NCBI GenBank assembly: GCA_937871295.1
Contig: CALMRE010000219.1
Location: 174 to 64,173, forward strand
Reading direction: 5' to 3'
DNA from: an uncultured bacterium
Lineage (GTDB): Bacteria; UBP6; UBA1177; JAKLFG01
Length of the DNA: 64,000 nucleotides
How positions within the stretch are numbered: position 1 is the first letter of the stretch; each line of letters opens with the position of its first letter. Below are positions 1 through 9,325 of this stretch, one piece after another. The notes under the pieces were generated by a model. That model worked only from the letters and a program-made list of their open reading frames with translations. It was not told the DNA's origin and did not search any database. A program made the position numbers and the translations under genes.

Positions 1-7
1 CGCCAAT

Positions 8-925
8 GTGTGGGAAGAGATAGCGGCGGGAGAGATGTCCGGTCTGCTGGAGGTGAATTCCGGCAAGGACCGTTGGGAATTCCAGTTCCGCGAAGGGGCG
101 ATGACCGGCGCCCGGAAACGGGGCGTCAATACCGCGGAACACATGGTGGAACTGCTGCTCGAAGGCGGCATCCTGCGTCACGAAACGGTCCGCGACGCGC
201 TCAAGAAACAGTCGAAAATGATGAAAAGTTGTCTGGAGATACTGATGGAGGAGGGGCATGTGCCGCTCATCCTCTATTCGCGCATCATCTCGGCCTCGCT
301 GCGCCTGATACTGCTCGACGTCATGGCGCTCAAGAAAGGGCACTACCAGTTCGCGGCCAAGGACGATCTGCGCGAGGAGCCGGGGACCAAGTCGCTCGAT
401 ATCGCCCGTTTCAACGCCTTCCGGGATCGCTTTGAGAGCGACCCGAAGATGCTCGCCCGCCTGCGCGCCGCCTTGTTCCTCCCTATAGCCATGCAGGAGT
501 CGTTCTCTTTCCCGATAGACCGGAAATCGCTGTTCTACAGTTACGGCACACAGGACCGGGACCTGTTCGATTTCCTTATCCGGATGGCCGACCTGACCCG
601 CGACGGTGCGATCGAGGTGGATCGCGGTCTGCTGGGCGCCCGCCCGAAAGATCTGCTGGCGGCGCTGCTGCTGCGCGCGGCGGCGCTGTTGTTGACCGCC
701 GTGGTGCTGGTCGCCGTGCTGGTCGCGCGGCCGAAGGAGGACGATCCGGCCGCCGCTCTGCATCTGCGGGCGCTTCGCTATAAGGCCGCCCTGCTGAACG
801 ATTTGACCTTCTTTGAAACGGGCGAAGAGTCCGATATCGATCGGTTGCAGAGGACCGGTCTTCTGACGCTTCCCGAGGCCGCTCTATTGCGCAGCGGCGC
901 CGATGATCCCGCGAACCTTCAGTAA
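8..925 (+). CDS. DUF4388-like protein, probably N-terminally incomplete at the window edge
   Basis: N-terminal segment GEMSGLLEVNSGKDRWEFQFREGAMTGARKRG matches the DUF4388/PATAN-like G-x-L-x-V...W-x-F-x-x-G pattern. A hydrophobic stretch lies near the C-terminus. The stop TAA at about 923-925 is followed immediately by an SD and the LonC gene, suggesting an operon. Confidence 0.4.
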   Translation: MWEEIAAGEMSGLLEVNSGKDRWEFQFREGAMTGARKRGVNTAEHMVELLLEGGILRHETVRDALKKQSKMMKSCLEILMEEGHVPLILYSRIISASLRLILLDVMALKKGHYQFAAKDDLREEPGTKSLDIARFNAFRDRFESDPKMLARLRAALFLPIAMQESFSFPIDRKSLFYSYGTQDRDLFDFLIRMADLTRDGAIEVDRGLLGARPKDLLAALLLRAAALLLTAVVLVAVLVARPKEDDPAAALHLRALRYKAALLNDLTFFETGEESDIDRLQRTGLLTLPEAALLRSGADDPANLQ

Positions 926-935
926 GGAGAATACG

Positions 936-3314
936 ATGCGCGATCCCCTCAAACTCGCCGTGCCGCCGGAGCGGCTCCGGTATTATCCCCGTCTCGAGAA
1001 GTATGAACGGTTGACGGCCCGGCGGATCGGTCCGGGATCCCAGTCCTTCTGTCAGGAGAAAGGCTTCGAGGCGATCGATTTCGGCGTTTCGATAAAGATG
1101 AAGGGCTTCAACATCTACGTCTCGGGCGATCCGGGCACCGGCAAGACATCGAGCGTCAAGAAGTATCTCGAGAAGATGGCGCAGAAAATGCCGGTTCCCG
1201 ACGATATCTGCTACGTCCACAATTTCGATGTCCCCGACGAGCCGCGGCTGATACTTATGCCCCGCGGCACCGGCGAGGTGCTCGTGAAGGATATGGCCGA
1301 TCTGCTCGACTATTTCCAGTACCAGATACCGCGTCAACTCGAGAGCGAGACCTTTGAGATCAAGAAAGGCGAGGTGGTCCGCTGGTATCAGGAGGAGAGC
1401 GAGCGCAACTACCGCGCCATTGAGGGCGAGGCGTCAAAACTCAGTTTCACCATCAAATCCACGCAGGGCGGCTTCGTCATCAATCCCATCGTCGGCGGCG
1501 AGGCGATCGGCAAGGAGGAGTTCGACAAACTCGGCGAGAAGGAAAAGGAAAGCATCCGCACCAACGAAGAAAAACTGCAGGAGAAACTCATCGCCTTCTT
1601 CCACCGCGAACGGGTGCTCGAAAAGGAATATAAGGAGAAGATGACCACCCTGCGCCAGAGCATGGTGCGTCTCATCATCGGCGAACCGCTGGGCGAACTC
1701 CGCAAGAAGTACAAACGCAACGCGGGCCTGGAAGGACATATCAATTCGCTGGAAAAGCACCTGCTCGACAACTTCGACGACTTCTTTACGTGGCGCGACA
1801 TCAATGAGGGGAAGGCCGAAGCGCAGAATCTCGAGATCCCCGATTTCCGCGAGTATAAGGTCAATCTGCTGGTCAACAACAAAAATCTCAAGGGGGCGCC
1901 GGTCATCTACGAGACCAACCCGACCTTCCAGAACATCATGGGCTACTTCGAGTACGAGGAACTGCACAATTCGATCTTCACCGATTTCACCAAGATGAAG
2001 CCGGGCGCGCTCCACTACGCCAACGGCGGCTTCCTCATCGTGCAGGCCAACGATATACTCAAGAACTACTACGCCTGGACCGCGCTCAAGCGTTCGATGC
2101 GCAACCGCGTGCTGAAAATGGACGACATCGATGTCGACTTCCGCTACCGCGTCAACATCTTCCCTAAACCGGAACCGGTCCCGCTGAACGTGAAACTCAT
2201 CATGATCGGCGACGACTACCTCTACCATATGCTCTACACCTACGACGACGATTTCAACCGCATATTCCGCGTCAAGGCCGATTTCGAGTCGACCACCGAC
2301 ATCACCGCGCGCAACACCGACGGGCTGGTCAGGTTCATCGCCCGCATCGTGCAGGAGGACTGCGCGCTCGATTTCGATGTGACCGCGATGCGCCGCATAC
2401 TGCATTATTCCTCGCGGCAGGCGGAGGATCAGAAGAAATACCGCGTCGGCGCCTCCGATCTGGTCGACATCATCCTCGAGAGCGACTTCTGGGCGCGCAA
2501 AGACAAGCGGAAGATCGTCAACGAAGATTCGGTCCGCAGGGCGATCGCGATAAAGGAGAGCCGCCACGCGAAGTTCAAGAAACATTATTATGAATCGATA
2601 GACCGCGACATCATCCTCATCGATGTGGCGGGCGAGAAGGTCGGCATGATAAACGGGCTGGCGGTCTACAGCGTCGGCGACTTCAGTTTCGGCGTCCCCT
2701 CGCGGATAACGGCCAAGGTCTTCGCCGGCCGCGGCGGTATCATCAATGTCGATCGCGAAGTGCGGCTGTCGGGGCGGATACACGACAAGGGGGCACTCAT
2801 CCTCGCCGGCTTCCTGGGCGACATCTTCGCGCAGGACAAATCGTTGTCGCTTTCGGCCTCCATCACCTTCGAACAGAACTACGGCGGGGTGGACGGCGAC
2901 AGCGCCAGTTCCACCGAACTCTACGCGCTCCTTTCGGCGCTCGCCGAGGTGCCCATCAAGCAGTCGATCGCGGTCACCGGTTCGGTCAACCAGATGGGCG
3001 AGATACAGCCCATCGGCGGAGTGAACGAGAAGATAGAGGGCTTTTTCGAGATCTGCAAGATAAAGAAACTCACCGGTGCGCAGGGGGTCATCATCCCGCG
3101 CCAGAACATCGAACACCTGAACCTTTCCGATGAAGTGGTGGAGGCGGTCCGGAAAAAGAAATTCCGCATCTATGCGATAGCCTCCATCATGGAGGGGATA
3201 GAGATACTCACCGGCCTGCCGACCGGCAACCGTCTCAAGAACGGCAAGTTCACCCCCGGCAGTCTGTTCGACAAGGTCGACCAGCGGATCCGTAAACTCA
3301 ACCGCATCAAGTAG
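936..3314 (+). CDS. LonC-like (COG1067) Lon-family serine protease with an AAA-like module
   Basis: Walker A GDPGTGKT. There is a long coiled-coil/helical insertion rich in E/K. Walker B is degenerate (GGFLIVQANDIL, no DE). The C-terminal Lon S16 protease domain has the catalytic Ser in DGDSASS and Lys in VNEKIEGFF. An SD (AAGGAG) lies 6 nt upstream of the ATG at 936; the ORF-track start at 903 was rejected. Confidence 0.8.
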   Translation: MRDPLKLAVPPERLRYYPRLEKYERLTARRIGPGSQSFCQEKGFEAIDFGVSIKMKGFNIYVSGDPGTGKTSSVKKYLEKMAQKMPVPDDICYVHNFDVPDEPRLILMPRGTGEVLVKDMADLLDYFQYQIPRQLESETFEIKKGEVVRWYQEESERNYRAIEGEASKLSFTIKSTQGGFVINPIVGGEAIGKEEFDKLGEKEKESIRTNEEKLQEKLIAFFHRERVLEKEYKEKMTTLRQSMVRLIIGEPLGELRKKYKRNAGLEGHINSLEKHLLDNFDDFFTWRDINEGKAEAQNLEIPDFREYKVNLLVNNKNLKGAPVIYETNPTFQNIMGYFEYEELHNSIFTDFTKMKPGALHYANGGFLIVQANDILKNYYAWTALKRSMRNRVLKMDDIDVDFRYRVNIFPKPEPVPLNVKLIMIGDDYLYHMLYTYDDDFNRIFRVKADFESTTDITARNTDGLVRFIARIVQEDCALDFDVTAMRRILHYSSRQAEDQKKYRVGASDLVDIILESDFWARKDKRKIVNEDSVRRAIAIKESRHAKFKKHYYESIDRDIILIDVAGEKVGMINGLAVYSVGDFSFGVPSRITAKVFAGRGGIINVDREVRLSGRIHDKGALILAGFLGDIFAQDKSLSLSASITFEQNYGGVDGDSASSTELYALLSALAEVPIKQSIAVTGSVNQMGEIQPIGGVNEKIEGFFEICKIKKLTGAQGVIIPRQNIEHLNLSDEVVEAVRKKKFRIYAIASIMEGIEILTGLPTGNRLKNGKFTPGSLFDKVDQRIRKLNRIK

Positions 3315-3326
3315 GGGGATGTCCGC

Positions 3327-3614
3327 ATGCCGATGCTCAAGCTTGAACACCGCACCGAAAAGAACCGCACCGAGATATGGAAGTGGATAGAGGAACATCT
3401 CGAGCGGGAACTGAAATACAAGGTCCCGCGCGAAGAGTTCCAGATCGTCGAGTCGGTGAACGACTGCACCTTCATCATCAAGGGGAAGAATGTCGGCGCA
3501 CAGGTCCATGTGGCCGATAAACTCGTTTCGATCGAACTGAACATCCCGCTCCTGTTCGTGCCGTTCAAACCGATGATCGATGCCGGCGTCCGCGACGCGC
3601 TCAAGGAATTATGA
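3327..3614 (+). CDS. Small conserved protein, weak resemblance to the PHA-system small protein family (TIGR02610-like)
   Basis: 95 aa, no signal peptide. The pattern G..V.A.V.V.D..V.IEL.IPLL..P.K..I.....DALK is reminiscent of the putative polyhydroxyalkanoic acid system protein family. The stop overlaps the next start (ATGA). Confidence 0.35.
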   Translation: MPMLKLEHRTEKNRTEIWKWIEEHLERELKYKVPREEFQIVESVNDCTFIIKGKNVGAQVHVADKLVSIELNIPLLFVPFKPMIDAGVRDALKEL

Positions 3615-4240
3615 CCGACTCCTACCGGACCCTCGTCGGGGTCTGCGGTCCCTATGAACTGAAGGAAAAGGCGTCGCGATTCCTCGCCCACGCCGCACCC
3701 GTCGCGACGCTCGAGGAGGCGGAGCGCTTCGTCGTTTCGCTGAAGAAACGCTATCACGACGCCGCCCATGTCGGCTGGGCCTGCCGGTTCGGTGACGGAG
3801 CCGAAAGTTCATTCCGTTACAGCGACGACGGCGAACCGTCCGGGTCGGCCGGTCTGCCGATACATCAGGAATTGGTCCGTGCGGAACTGTTCAACGTGGT
3901 CTGTGCGGTGGTCCGCTATTTCGGCGGGGTGAAACTGGGGACCGGCGGTCTTGCCCGCGCCTTCGGCGGCGCGGCGCGCGGCCTGCTCGATACCGCCGGG
4001 GTACGCACGGTGCTGGTCACTGAGTTGGTTTCACTGAAAAGCCCCTTCGAACTGGTCGGCACGGTGATGCATCTGGCCGGTCAGTTCCCCGGCGCGGCGA
4101 TAGTGTCGCAGGAGTATGATGAAGAGGGGGTGTGCGTCGAAGTGGCGGTGCCGCGGTCGATGGCCGAACGGTTCCGCGACGCCGTCGTCGAGAGAAGCAG
4201 CGGCCGGATACGCATGGGGTCAGGCAACTTGTGCGCCTGA
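3611..4240 (+). CDS. yigZ: IMPACT family protein (YigZ/UPF0029)
   Basis: Contains the DDGEPSGSAG motif and YFGG(V)KLG, typical of IMPACT/YigZ. It is translationally coupled to the upstream small ORF. Confidence 0.8.
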   Translation: MTDSYRTLVGVCGPYELKEKASRFLAHAAPVATLEEAERFVVSLKKRYHDAAHVGWACRFGDGAESSFRYSDDGEPSGSAGLPIHQELVRAELFNVVCAVVRYFGGVKLGTGGLARAFGGAARGLLDTAGVRTVLVTELVSLKSPFELVGTVMHLAGQFPGAAIVSQEYDEEGVCVEVAVPRSMAERFRDAVVERSSGRIRMGSGNLCA

Positions 4241-4266
4241 CCCCTTTCTGACCCCTTTCCGGCCGG

Positions 4267-5427
4267 TCAGTCGTGCGCCTGGCCCCTTTCCGGGGCGATG
4301 GCCTGACGGATGTCGTCGAAATAGGCCTTGAAGATGCCGGCGATGTCGCCGTCGCTGGTGACGAACAGCACTTCGCGGTTCCGGTAGCAGCCCGCCTTGG
4401 TCCAGTTCATCGAACCGAACACGAGCGCCGCGCCGTCGTCGACGACGGCGAATTTGTGGTGAAAGTTCATCGGCTGGCCCTCGATGTCGATCAACCGGTC
4501 GAAGAGGACCGTTGCCCCCATACTCTCAAGATAGTTCGCCGCCTTCAGATTGACGGCGGGGCCGCCTTCGGCCGTCCAATCGTCCAGAAGCAGCACGGTT
4601 CTGCGGTCTTTCTTCAGCATCTTTTTAAGTCCGGTCATCAGCGGTGTGCCGATGGTCATCGTATACATGGCCACCGACAGTTCTTTCTTTGCGGTGAGCA
4701 GGTACTCCTTGGCAACGCGGCAGCCCTTTCCGGGGAGGAACAGGAGGGCGCCGTATTCCACCGGGCAACCGGTCTCACAGCGCTTCTCCACGCGCATCTC
4801 CTCGAGCGCGGAGAGCTCCGCGGCGAGCAGGGCGGCCAACTTCGGGGCGTCATGGAAGAGTATCGCGGCATTCTTCGACAGCCCCGCCGTGAGATTGCGC
4901 GAGGAGAGCAGCACGCTGCGGTCGTCGGCCACAAGGAACTTCTCGTGCAGTATCCCTTTTGCGGGATGCAGTTCTATCAGCGGGAAGTCCGGTTTTCGCT
5001 CGAAGCCGTTGCGCCCCGCGATGACCGACACCGCAATGCCGCGTGCGGCCGCTTTTTCCAGCGCCGCGACCGGCGGTGAGATGCCGATGGTGTAGGTGAC
5101 GGCGCGGATATTGCGCGTGGCGCGGTCGATGAACGCGACGGCGGCCGGTTCCACCGCATCGTCGAAAAAGATCTCTCCGCCGGCGAATTCGTACTGGTCG
5201 CGGACGGTGGTGGCGGGGGGGGAGGGCGCAGGTTCCCGGAGGTCGGAGCCCTGTTCCTCCGCGTCGATGGCGTCGGTCGTCGCCGGAGGAAGCAGCACCT
5301 CTTCGAGCGGCGGTGCCTCGGGTATCACGAAGAGATAGAGAAGAAAACCCAGCGCGAGCAGAGCGACCGTTTCAAGCAGGGAAACGATGCGCGCCGGCAG
5401 GTTGCGTATCTTTGGTGTCAGCAGCAC
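4267..5427 (-). CDS. Phospholipase D superfamily protein (cardiolipin synthase-like), membrane anchored
   Basis: Two HKD motifs: ILHEKFLVADDRSVLLSSRNL and NFHHKFAVVDDGAALVFGSMNWTKAG. There is an N-terminal TM helix. Confidence 0.75.
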   Translation of the reverse strand: MLLTPKIRNLPARIVSLLETVALLALGFLLYLFVIPEAPPLEEVLLPPATTDAIDAEEQGSDLREPAPSPPATTVRDQYEFAGGEIFFDDAVEPAAVAFIDRATRNIRAVTYTIGISPPVAALEKAAARGIAVSVIAGRNGFERKPDFPLIELHPAKGILHEKFLVADDRSVLLSSRNLTAGLSKNAAILFHDAPKLAALLAAELSALEEMRVEKRCETGCPVEYGALLFLPGKGCRVAKEYLLTAKKELSVAMYTMTIGTPLMTGLKKMLKKDRRTVLLLDDWTAEGGPAVNLKAANYLESMGATVLFDRLIDIEGQPMNFHHKFAVVDDGAALVFGSMNWTKAGCYRNREVLFVTSDGDIAGIFKAYFDDIRQAIAPERGQAHD

Positions 5428-6428
5428 GTGGAGTTAAGACAGTTCTGTATCTTGCGTATCTTTTCCAGCATGCGGGAGAACTGGGAGAAATTGAGCGACT
5501 GGAAGCCGTCGGAAAGGGCGTTGGAGGGGTCGAAATGGATCTCGACCATGAGCCCGTCAGCACCGAGCAGTACCGCCGCCTCGCTGACCGCCGGGATATA
5601 ACGGGCGACACCCACGCCGTGCGACGGGTCGAGCAGTACCGGCAGGTGGGAAAGATCCTTCAGCATCGGGATGGCGGCCATGTTCACCGCGTTGCGGCTC
5701 GCGTCGTCGAAGGAGATGGAGCCGCGTTCGCACAGGATGACATTCTCATTGCCTTCGAGTAGCACATATTCGACCGAGAGCAGGAAGTCCTCTATGCGGG
5801 CCGAAGGCGCCCGCTTGATAAGAAGAGGTTTGCCGCTTTTGCCGAGTTCCCGCAACAGGGTGAAGTTGTACATGTTCCGCGCGCCGACCTGTATGATGTC
5901 GACATGTTCGAGGAATAGGTCAAGGCTCCGCAGGTCGACGATCTCGCTCACGCTCTTCATGCCGTAGCGGCGGGCCACCGAACTCAGGATGCGCAGGCCC
6001 TCGTCGCCGAGCCCCTGAAAACTGTAGGGCGAGGAGCGCATCTTGTAGGTGCCGCCCCGCAGGAGTTTGATGCCGAGGCTCGAAAGGAACGCGGCGATGC
6101 GGTCGAACGATTCCTCGCTTTCGACACTGCAGGGACCCGCGATGAAGCGGAAATCGTCGCCGATGCGCACGCCGTCGCCGAGATCGACGATGGTTCTCGG
6201 GCGATATTCCTTGGTCACCATGTAGTAGGGACTGGAGATGCGGAGCACCTTGTCGACCCCGTCGATCGAACGGAACCGGCTGATATCGCTTGCGGTAAGA
6301 TCGCCGAGGACCGGGATGACGGTGTATTTGACCCCTTCAAGCACATTATACTGGAAGCCGCCGGCCATCAGACGGCTGCGCACATCCTCCAGCACCTCTT
6401 TTCGGTCGCGTTTAAGAACGATGATCAT
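5418..6428 (-). CDS. 3-deoxy-7-phosphoheptulonate (DAHP) synthase, class I-beta with N-terminal ACT/ferredoxin-like regulatory domain
   Basis: DAHPS/KDO8PS family core motifs are present: LDPSHGVG, KRAPS, GPCSVES. The N-terminal extension resembles Thermotoga-type regulated DAHPS. The gene overlaps the downstream PLD gene by 10 nt. Confidence 0.8.
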   Translation of the reverse strand: MIIVLKRDRKEVLEDVRSRLMAGGFQYNVLEGVKYTVIPVLGDLTASDISRFRSIDGVDKVLRISSPYYMVTKEYRPRTIVDLGDGVRIGDDFRFIAGPCSVESEESFDRIAAFLSSLGIKLLRGGTYKMRSSPYSFQGLGDEGLRILSSVARRYGMKSVSEIVDLRSLDLFLEHVDIIQVGARNMYNFTLLRELGKSGKPLLIKRAPSARIEDFLLSVEYVLLEGNENVILCERGSISFDDASRNAVNMAAIPMLKDLSHLPVLLDPSHGVGVARYIPAVSEAAVLLGADGLMVEIHFDPSNALSDGFQSLNFSQFSRMLEKIRKIQNCLNSTCC

Positions 6429-6532
6429 GAAAACCCCTTTTTTCTTTTCGCGCTTTTCGCGAATATACCGGACCGCTGTCGGGACGCGGTCGGGAACAGT
6501 ATAGTCAGCGGCAAAAAAAATGACAAATTTTA

Positions 6533-6561
6533 TTTACAAAAAAAAAGCGTTTGCGTATAAT
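6533..6561 (+). promoter_or_regulatory. sigma70-like promoter (TTTACA-17-TATAAT) in the AT-rich divergent intergenic region
   Basis: Approximate positions: TTTACA about 6533-6538, 17-nt spacer, TATAAT about 6556-6561, roughly 45 nt upstream of the 6609 ORF. This is a sequence pattern only. Confidence 0.4.
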
Positions 6562-6608
6562 TCCCTGTTTATTTTGGAACCCTTCCTTTTTCTTCGGGGT
6601 GTCTGGTC

Positions 6609-7547
6609 ATGCGCCGTTCGTTCCTGTTCCTTTTTCTCCTTGTCGGCTGGTGTTCTGTCGGGGCCAAAAGCGACTACGCCGTGCTGAAGCTCTGCTTTGA
6701 GAAAGAGGGCGCCCCCTTCCTGATCTCCACCAAGGACAAAAAGACGGGAGAACAGGAGGGTTTCCAGCAGGTCAAGGACACCGAACTCTGGATGCGCAAG
6801 ATGAAGGTGTTCGTCGACTATCAGCCGGTATTCTCTTTCAAATCGGTCAGCGACCACTGTATCGCCGTTTCACGCATACCGGCAGGATCCCATACCGTCA
6901 CGATCGACTTCAAAGGCGCCGCCTATACCACCCTCGTCGCCCCCGCGGGCGTCACCAAGAAGTTCAAGCCCGATCTTCTTTTCGAGGCGGCCATGAAGGT
7001 GGAGGACGGTCCCACCGCGCGCGTCGACATACAACAGGGACAGGACCGGGTGTCGCTTTACCAGACGGTCGACAATCAACCGGTCGCCGGTTGCGAAAAA
7101 GGCTGCACGATACCGGTGGATGTCCCGGTCTATTTCATGATCCGCTCCGATGACGAAAAGGTGGAGTGTCCCGTCCAGTACGAACTGATAGTGCCCAATA
7201 AACGAGACCGGGATCTCGGTTGCTATGATGTCGCGGCCATCACGGCGCAATTGCAGGCTTTCGTCAAAACGAGCAACAGCAAATGCCGCGTGAACATCGA
7301 ATACGCCTTCTTCCGGGTTTACGGCGACGGGTGTATCGTGACGCTCGAACCTGATGCGAACGGTCTGCGGCCGAAGGATCCGGAGATACGACTCCTGCCG
7401 CTCGAAAAGCAGAAACTCCGCTATTTTCTGCAGGTCAATGACGGCGAGAAAAAGAACCACATCTTCTCCTCCGCGGACAAGAAGGGGGAGGTCCTCACCC
7501 CCAAAGAGGGAGAGGTGATCACGCTCATCGAGGTCCACGAGCAATGA
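6609..7547 (+). CDS. Secreted cysteine-containing hypothetical protein
   Basis: Signal peptide MRRSFLFLFLLVGWCSVGA; multiple Cys. The stop overlaps the purN start (ATGA). Confidence 0.5.
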   Translation: MRRSFLFLFLLVGWCSVGAKSDYAVLKLCFEKEGAPFLISTKDKKTGEQEGFQQVKDTELWMRKMKVFVDYQPVFSFKSVSDHCIAVSRIPAGSHTVTIDFKGAAYTTLVAPAGVTKKFKPDLLFEAAMKVEDGPTARVDIQQGQDRVSLYQTVDNQPVAGCEKGCTIPVDVPVYFMIRSDDEKVECPVQYELIVPNKRDRDLGCYDVAAITAQLQAFVKTSNSKCRVNIEYAFFRVYGDGCIVTLEPDANGLRPKDPEIRLLPLEKQKLRYFLQVNDGEKKNHIFSSADKKGEVLTPKEGEVITLIEVHEQ

Positions 7548-8158
7548 AAATAGGCCTTTTCATATCGGGCAGCGGCACGAATATGGATGCGGTGATCCGC
7601 TCGTGGCGCACCGGCCGTTTTTCCCGGGTGGAGGAGGTCAGTTTCGTCCTCTCCGACAAACCCGAGGCCCCGGGGCTGGCCAAGGCGGCCCGCGCCGGTG
7701 TGCCGGCGCTGGTGGTCGTCCGGCTGAAAGGCGAAACGCGCGAAGCGCATGAGACACGCATCCTCGAGGCGATCGCCCCCTACGAGGTGGAACTGATCGT
7801 GCTCGCGGGTTTCATGCGGGTGTTGTCGCCCCATTTTCTGTCCCGTTTCAAGGGAAAGGTCATCAACATACATCCCTCGCTCCTTCCCGCCTTCCCGGGG
7901 ATCGATGCTCAGCATCAGGCGTTCGATCACGGCGTCAAGGTGACCGGCTGCACCGTTCACTTCGTCGACGAGAGCCTCGATGGCGGGCCGATCCTTCTGC
8001 AGAGGGCGGTCGAACGGCGCGATCACGACACCGCCGAGGATCTGCGCCTGCGCATACTCGCCGAGGAGCACGAACTGCTCAGCAAGGCGGTGGAACTGAT
8101 AACGACCGGAAGGTACCGCGTCAATAACAGATATGTCAGTTGTGGAGAGGAGTCATGA
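7544..8158 (+). CDS. purN: Phosphoribosylglycinamide formyltransferase
   Basis: MKIGLFISGSGTNM...HPSLLPAFPG...GCTVHFVDE are PurN hallmarks. Confidence 0.85.
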   Translation: MKIGLFISGSGTNMDAVIRSWRTGRFSRVEEVSFVLSDKPEAPGLAKAARAGVPALVVVRLKGETREAHETRILEAIAPYEVELIVLAGFMRVLSPHFLSRFKGKVINIHPSLLPAFPGIDAQHQAFDHGVKVTGCTVHFVDESLDGGPILLQRAVERRDHDTAEDLRLRILAEEHELLSKAVELITTGRYRVNNRYVSCGEES

Positions 8159-9321
8159 AAGCCAAGATCATCCTGCTTTCGTTGGTTTCGATCGCCCTGG
8201 TGTTCGGGGCGGCTTATCATCTGCTGGTCAACCAGACCAAGCGTCAGATCGTTGAGACCCTCGAGGACAGCGTTTCGCGCGCGACGTCGCTGTACAAATA
8301 CATCAGCGCCGCCGAGACGCTCGACCGCATCCGCAACGCCGAAGAGATCGCGGCGCGCAAGGAGATGCTCGATGTCTTCGATCCGGCGGCCTATGTGGCC
8401 AACCCGGTCGAAGCGGCGCAGAAGATACAGGTAGAACTCAACGTCATCAACAAGTTCTCCGACAACTCCGATGTGCTGTTCATCACCGACACCGCCGGGA
8501 CTGTTCTCGCGAAGAACCTTGACGACACCCTCAAGGGGGTCAGTTTCAAGGAGAATCTCCTCGTCAGCAACGCCATATCGGGTCGCAGTGACGAGGACAT
8601 CTTCGAGATCCTCGGCAAGCGGATGAAGGTCGTGTCGGTCCCCATCCGCAAGGACGGTCGGATCATCGGCACCTTCAACTCGGCCAACATCATCGACTCG
8701 CAGATGGCGAAGGACGATTTCAGCAACCTTACCGAGGAGACCAACGAGGAAAAGGGGAGCAACCCGCTCATGTTCGCCTTTGTCGAGAAGCAGAAGGTGC
8801 TCGGTTCCACCATGCCGCCCGAACTGCACGAGGCGCTCAAACGCTACATGGAAGGGAAGCCCGAGATAGTCGAGAACGCGATAAAGGAATCGGAGCGCAA
8901 GCACGAATTCAGGACGGCACTCAACGGCGAGAAGTTCTATGCCAACATCGCGGTTCATGAACACCTCGGACAGGAAAAACAGGTCTGCTACCTGTTCATC
9001 AGTTCGGTCGACAAGGGACTGCAGTCGCTTTCCGCGAGCCGCAACAACTTCATCTGGATAACCATCATCGTGCTCATCCTCGCCGTCATACTCGGGATCG
9101 TCATCGAGGAACAGTCGCAGGTGCCTATCAGCCGCTTCACCGAAGGGATGATCGAGATCATCCACGGCAACCGCAAGTTCCGTTTCAGCAACGAGGCCGA
9201 AGGGGTGGAGGGGCAGCTCAATCAGAACGCGAATATGATGATCGCGGCGCTCTTGGGCGAACGGGTCCCCGACGAGAAGAACGGGACCGAGAAGATCGGT
9301 ACCATGAAAGCGGAGGAATGA
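8155..9321 (+). CDS. Membrane sensor-like protein: periplasmic Cache-like domain, second TM and HAMP-like helix, no output domain
   Basis: TM1 KIILLSLVSIALVF, a roughly 270-aa periplasmic region, TM2 FIWITIIVLILAVILGIVI, then a short amphipathic segment. Start chosen at MKAKI (SD GGAGAGGAG upstream). Confidence 0.5.
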   Translation: MKAKIILLSLVSIALVFGAAYHLLVNQTKRQIVETLEDSVSRATSLYKYISAAETLDRIRNAEEIAARKEMLDVFDPAAYVANPVEAAQKIQVELNVINKFSDNSDVLFITDTAGTVLAKNLDDTLKGVSFKENLLVSNAISGRSDEDIFEILGKRMKVVSVPIRKDGRIIGTFNSANIIDSQMAKDDFSNLTEETNEEKGSNPLMFAFVEKQKVLGSTMPPELHEALKRYMEGKPEIVENAIKESERKHEFRTALNGEKFYANIAVHEHLGQEKQVCYLFISSVDKGLQSLSASRNNFIWITIIVLILAVILGIVIEEQSQVPISRFTEGMIEIIHGNRKFRFSNEAEGVEGQLNQNANMMIAALLGERVPDEKNGTEKIGTMKAEE

Positions 9322-9325
9322 CCTT

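Noticed and set aside
903-3314. The Lon-like protease as a BREX BrxL-type defence protease.
   Set aside because: No other brx genes (brxA/B/C, pglX, pglZ) are present. The architecture fits LonC (ATPase-degenerate Lon-like) in a housekeeping-looking operon.
1434-3509. 691-aa ORF antisense to the LonC-like gene, and similar long antisense ORFs at 14278..15780, 22627..23622, 24484..26280, 27559..28980, 29644..30822, 34343..35473, 38455..39651, 45652..47154 and 55115..56389.
   Set aside because: These are typical stop-poor antisense frames of a roughly 65% GC genome. They are Arg/Gly/Asp-rich with no motifs, and each overlaps a well-supported gene on the other strand.
6440-6608. Possible small RNA or tRNA in AT-rich intergenic regions (also 12491-12554, 47101-47209, 51067-51189, 61627-61706).
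   Set aside because: No cloverleaf-compatible stems or conserved tRNA/ncRNA motifs were found. These are more likely promoter regions. The only convincing structured RNA is the cobalamin riboswitch.
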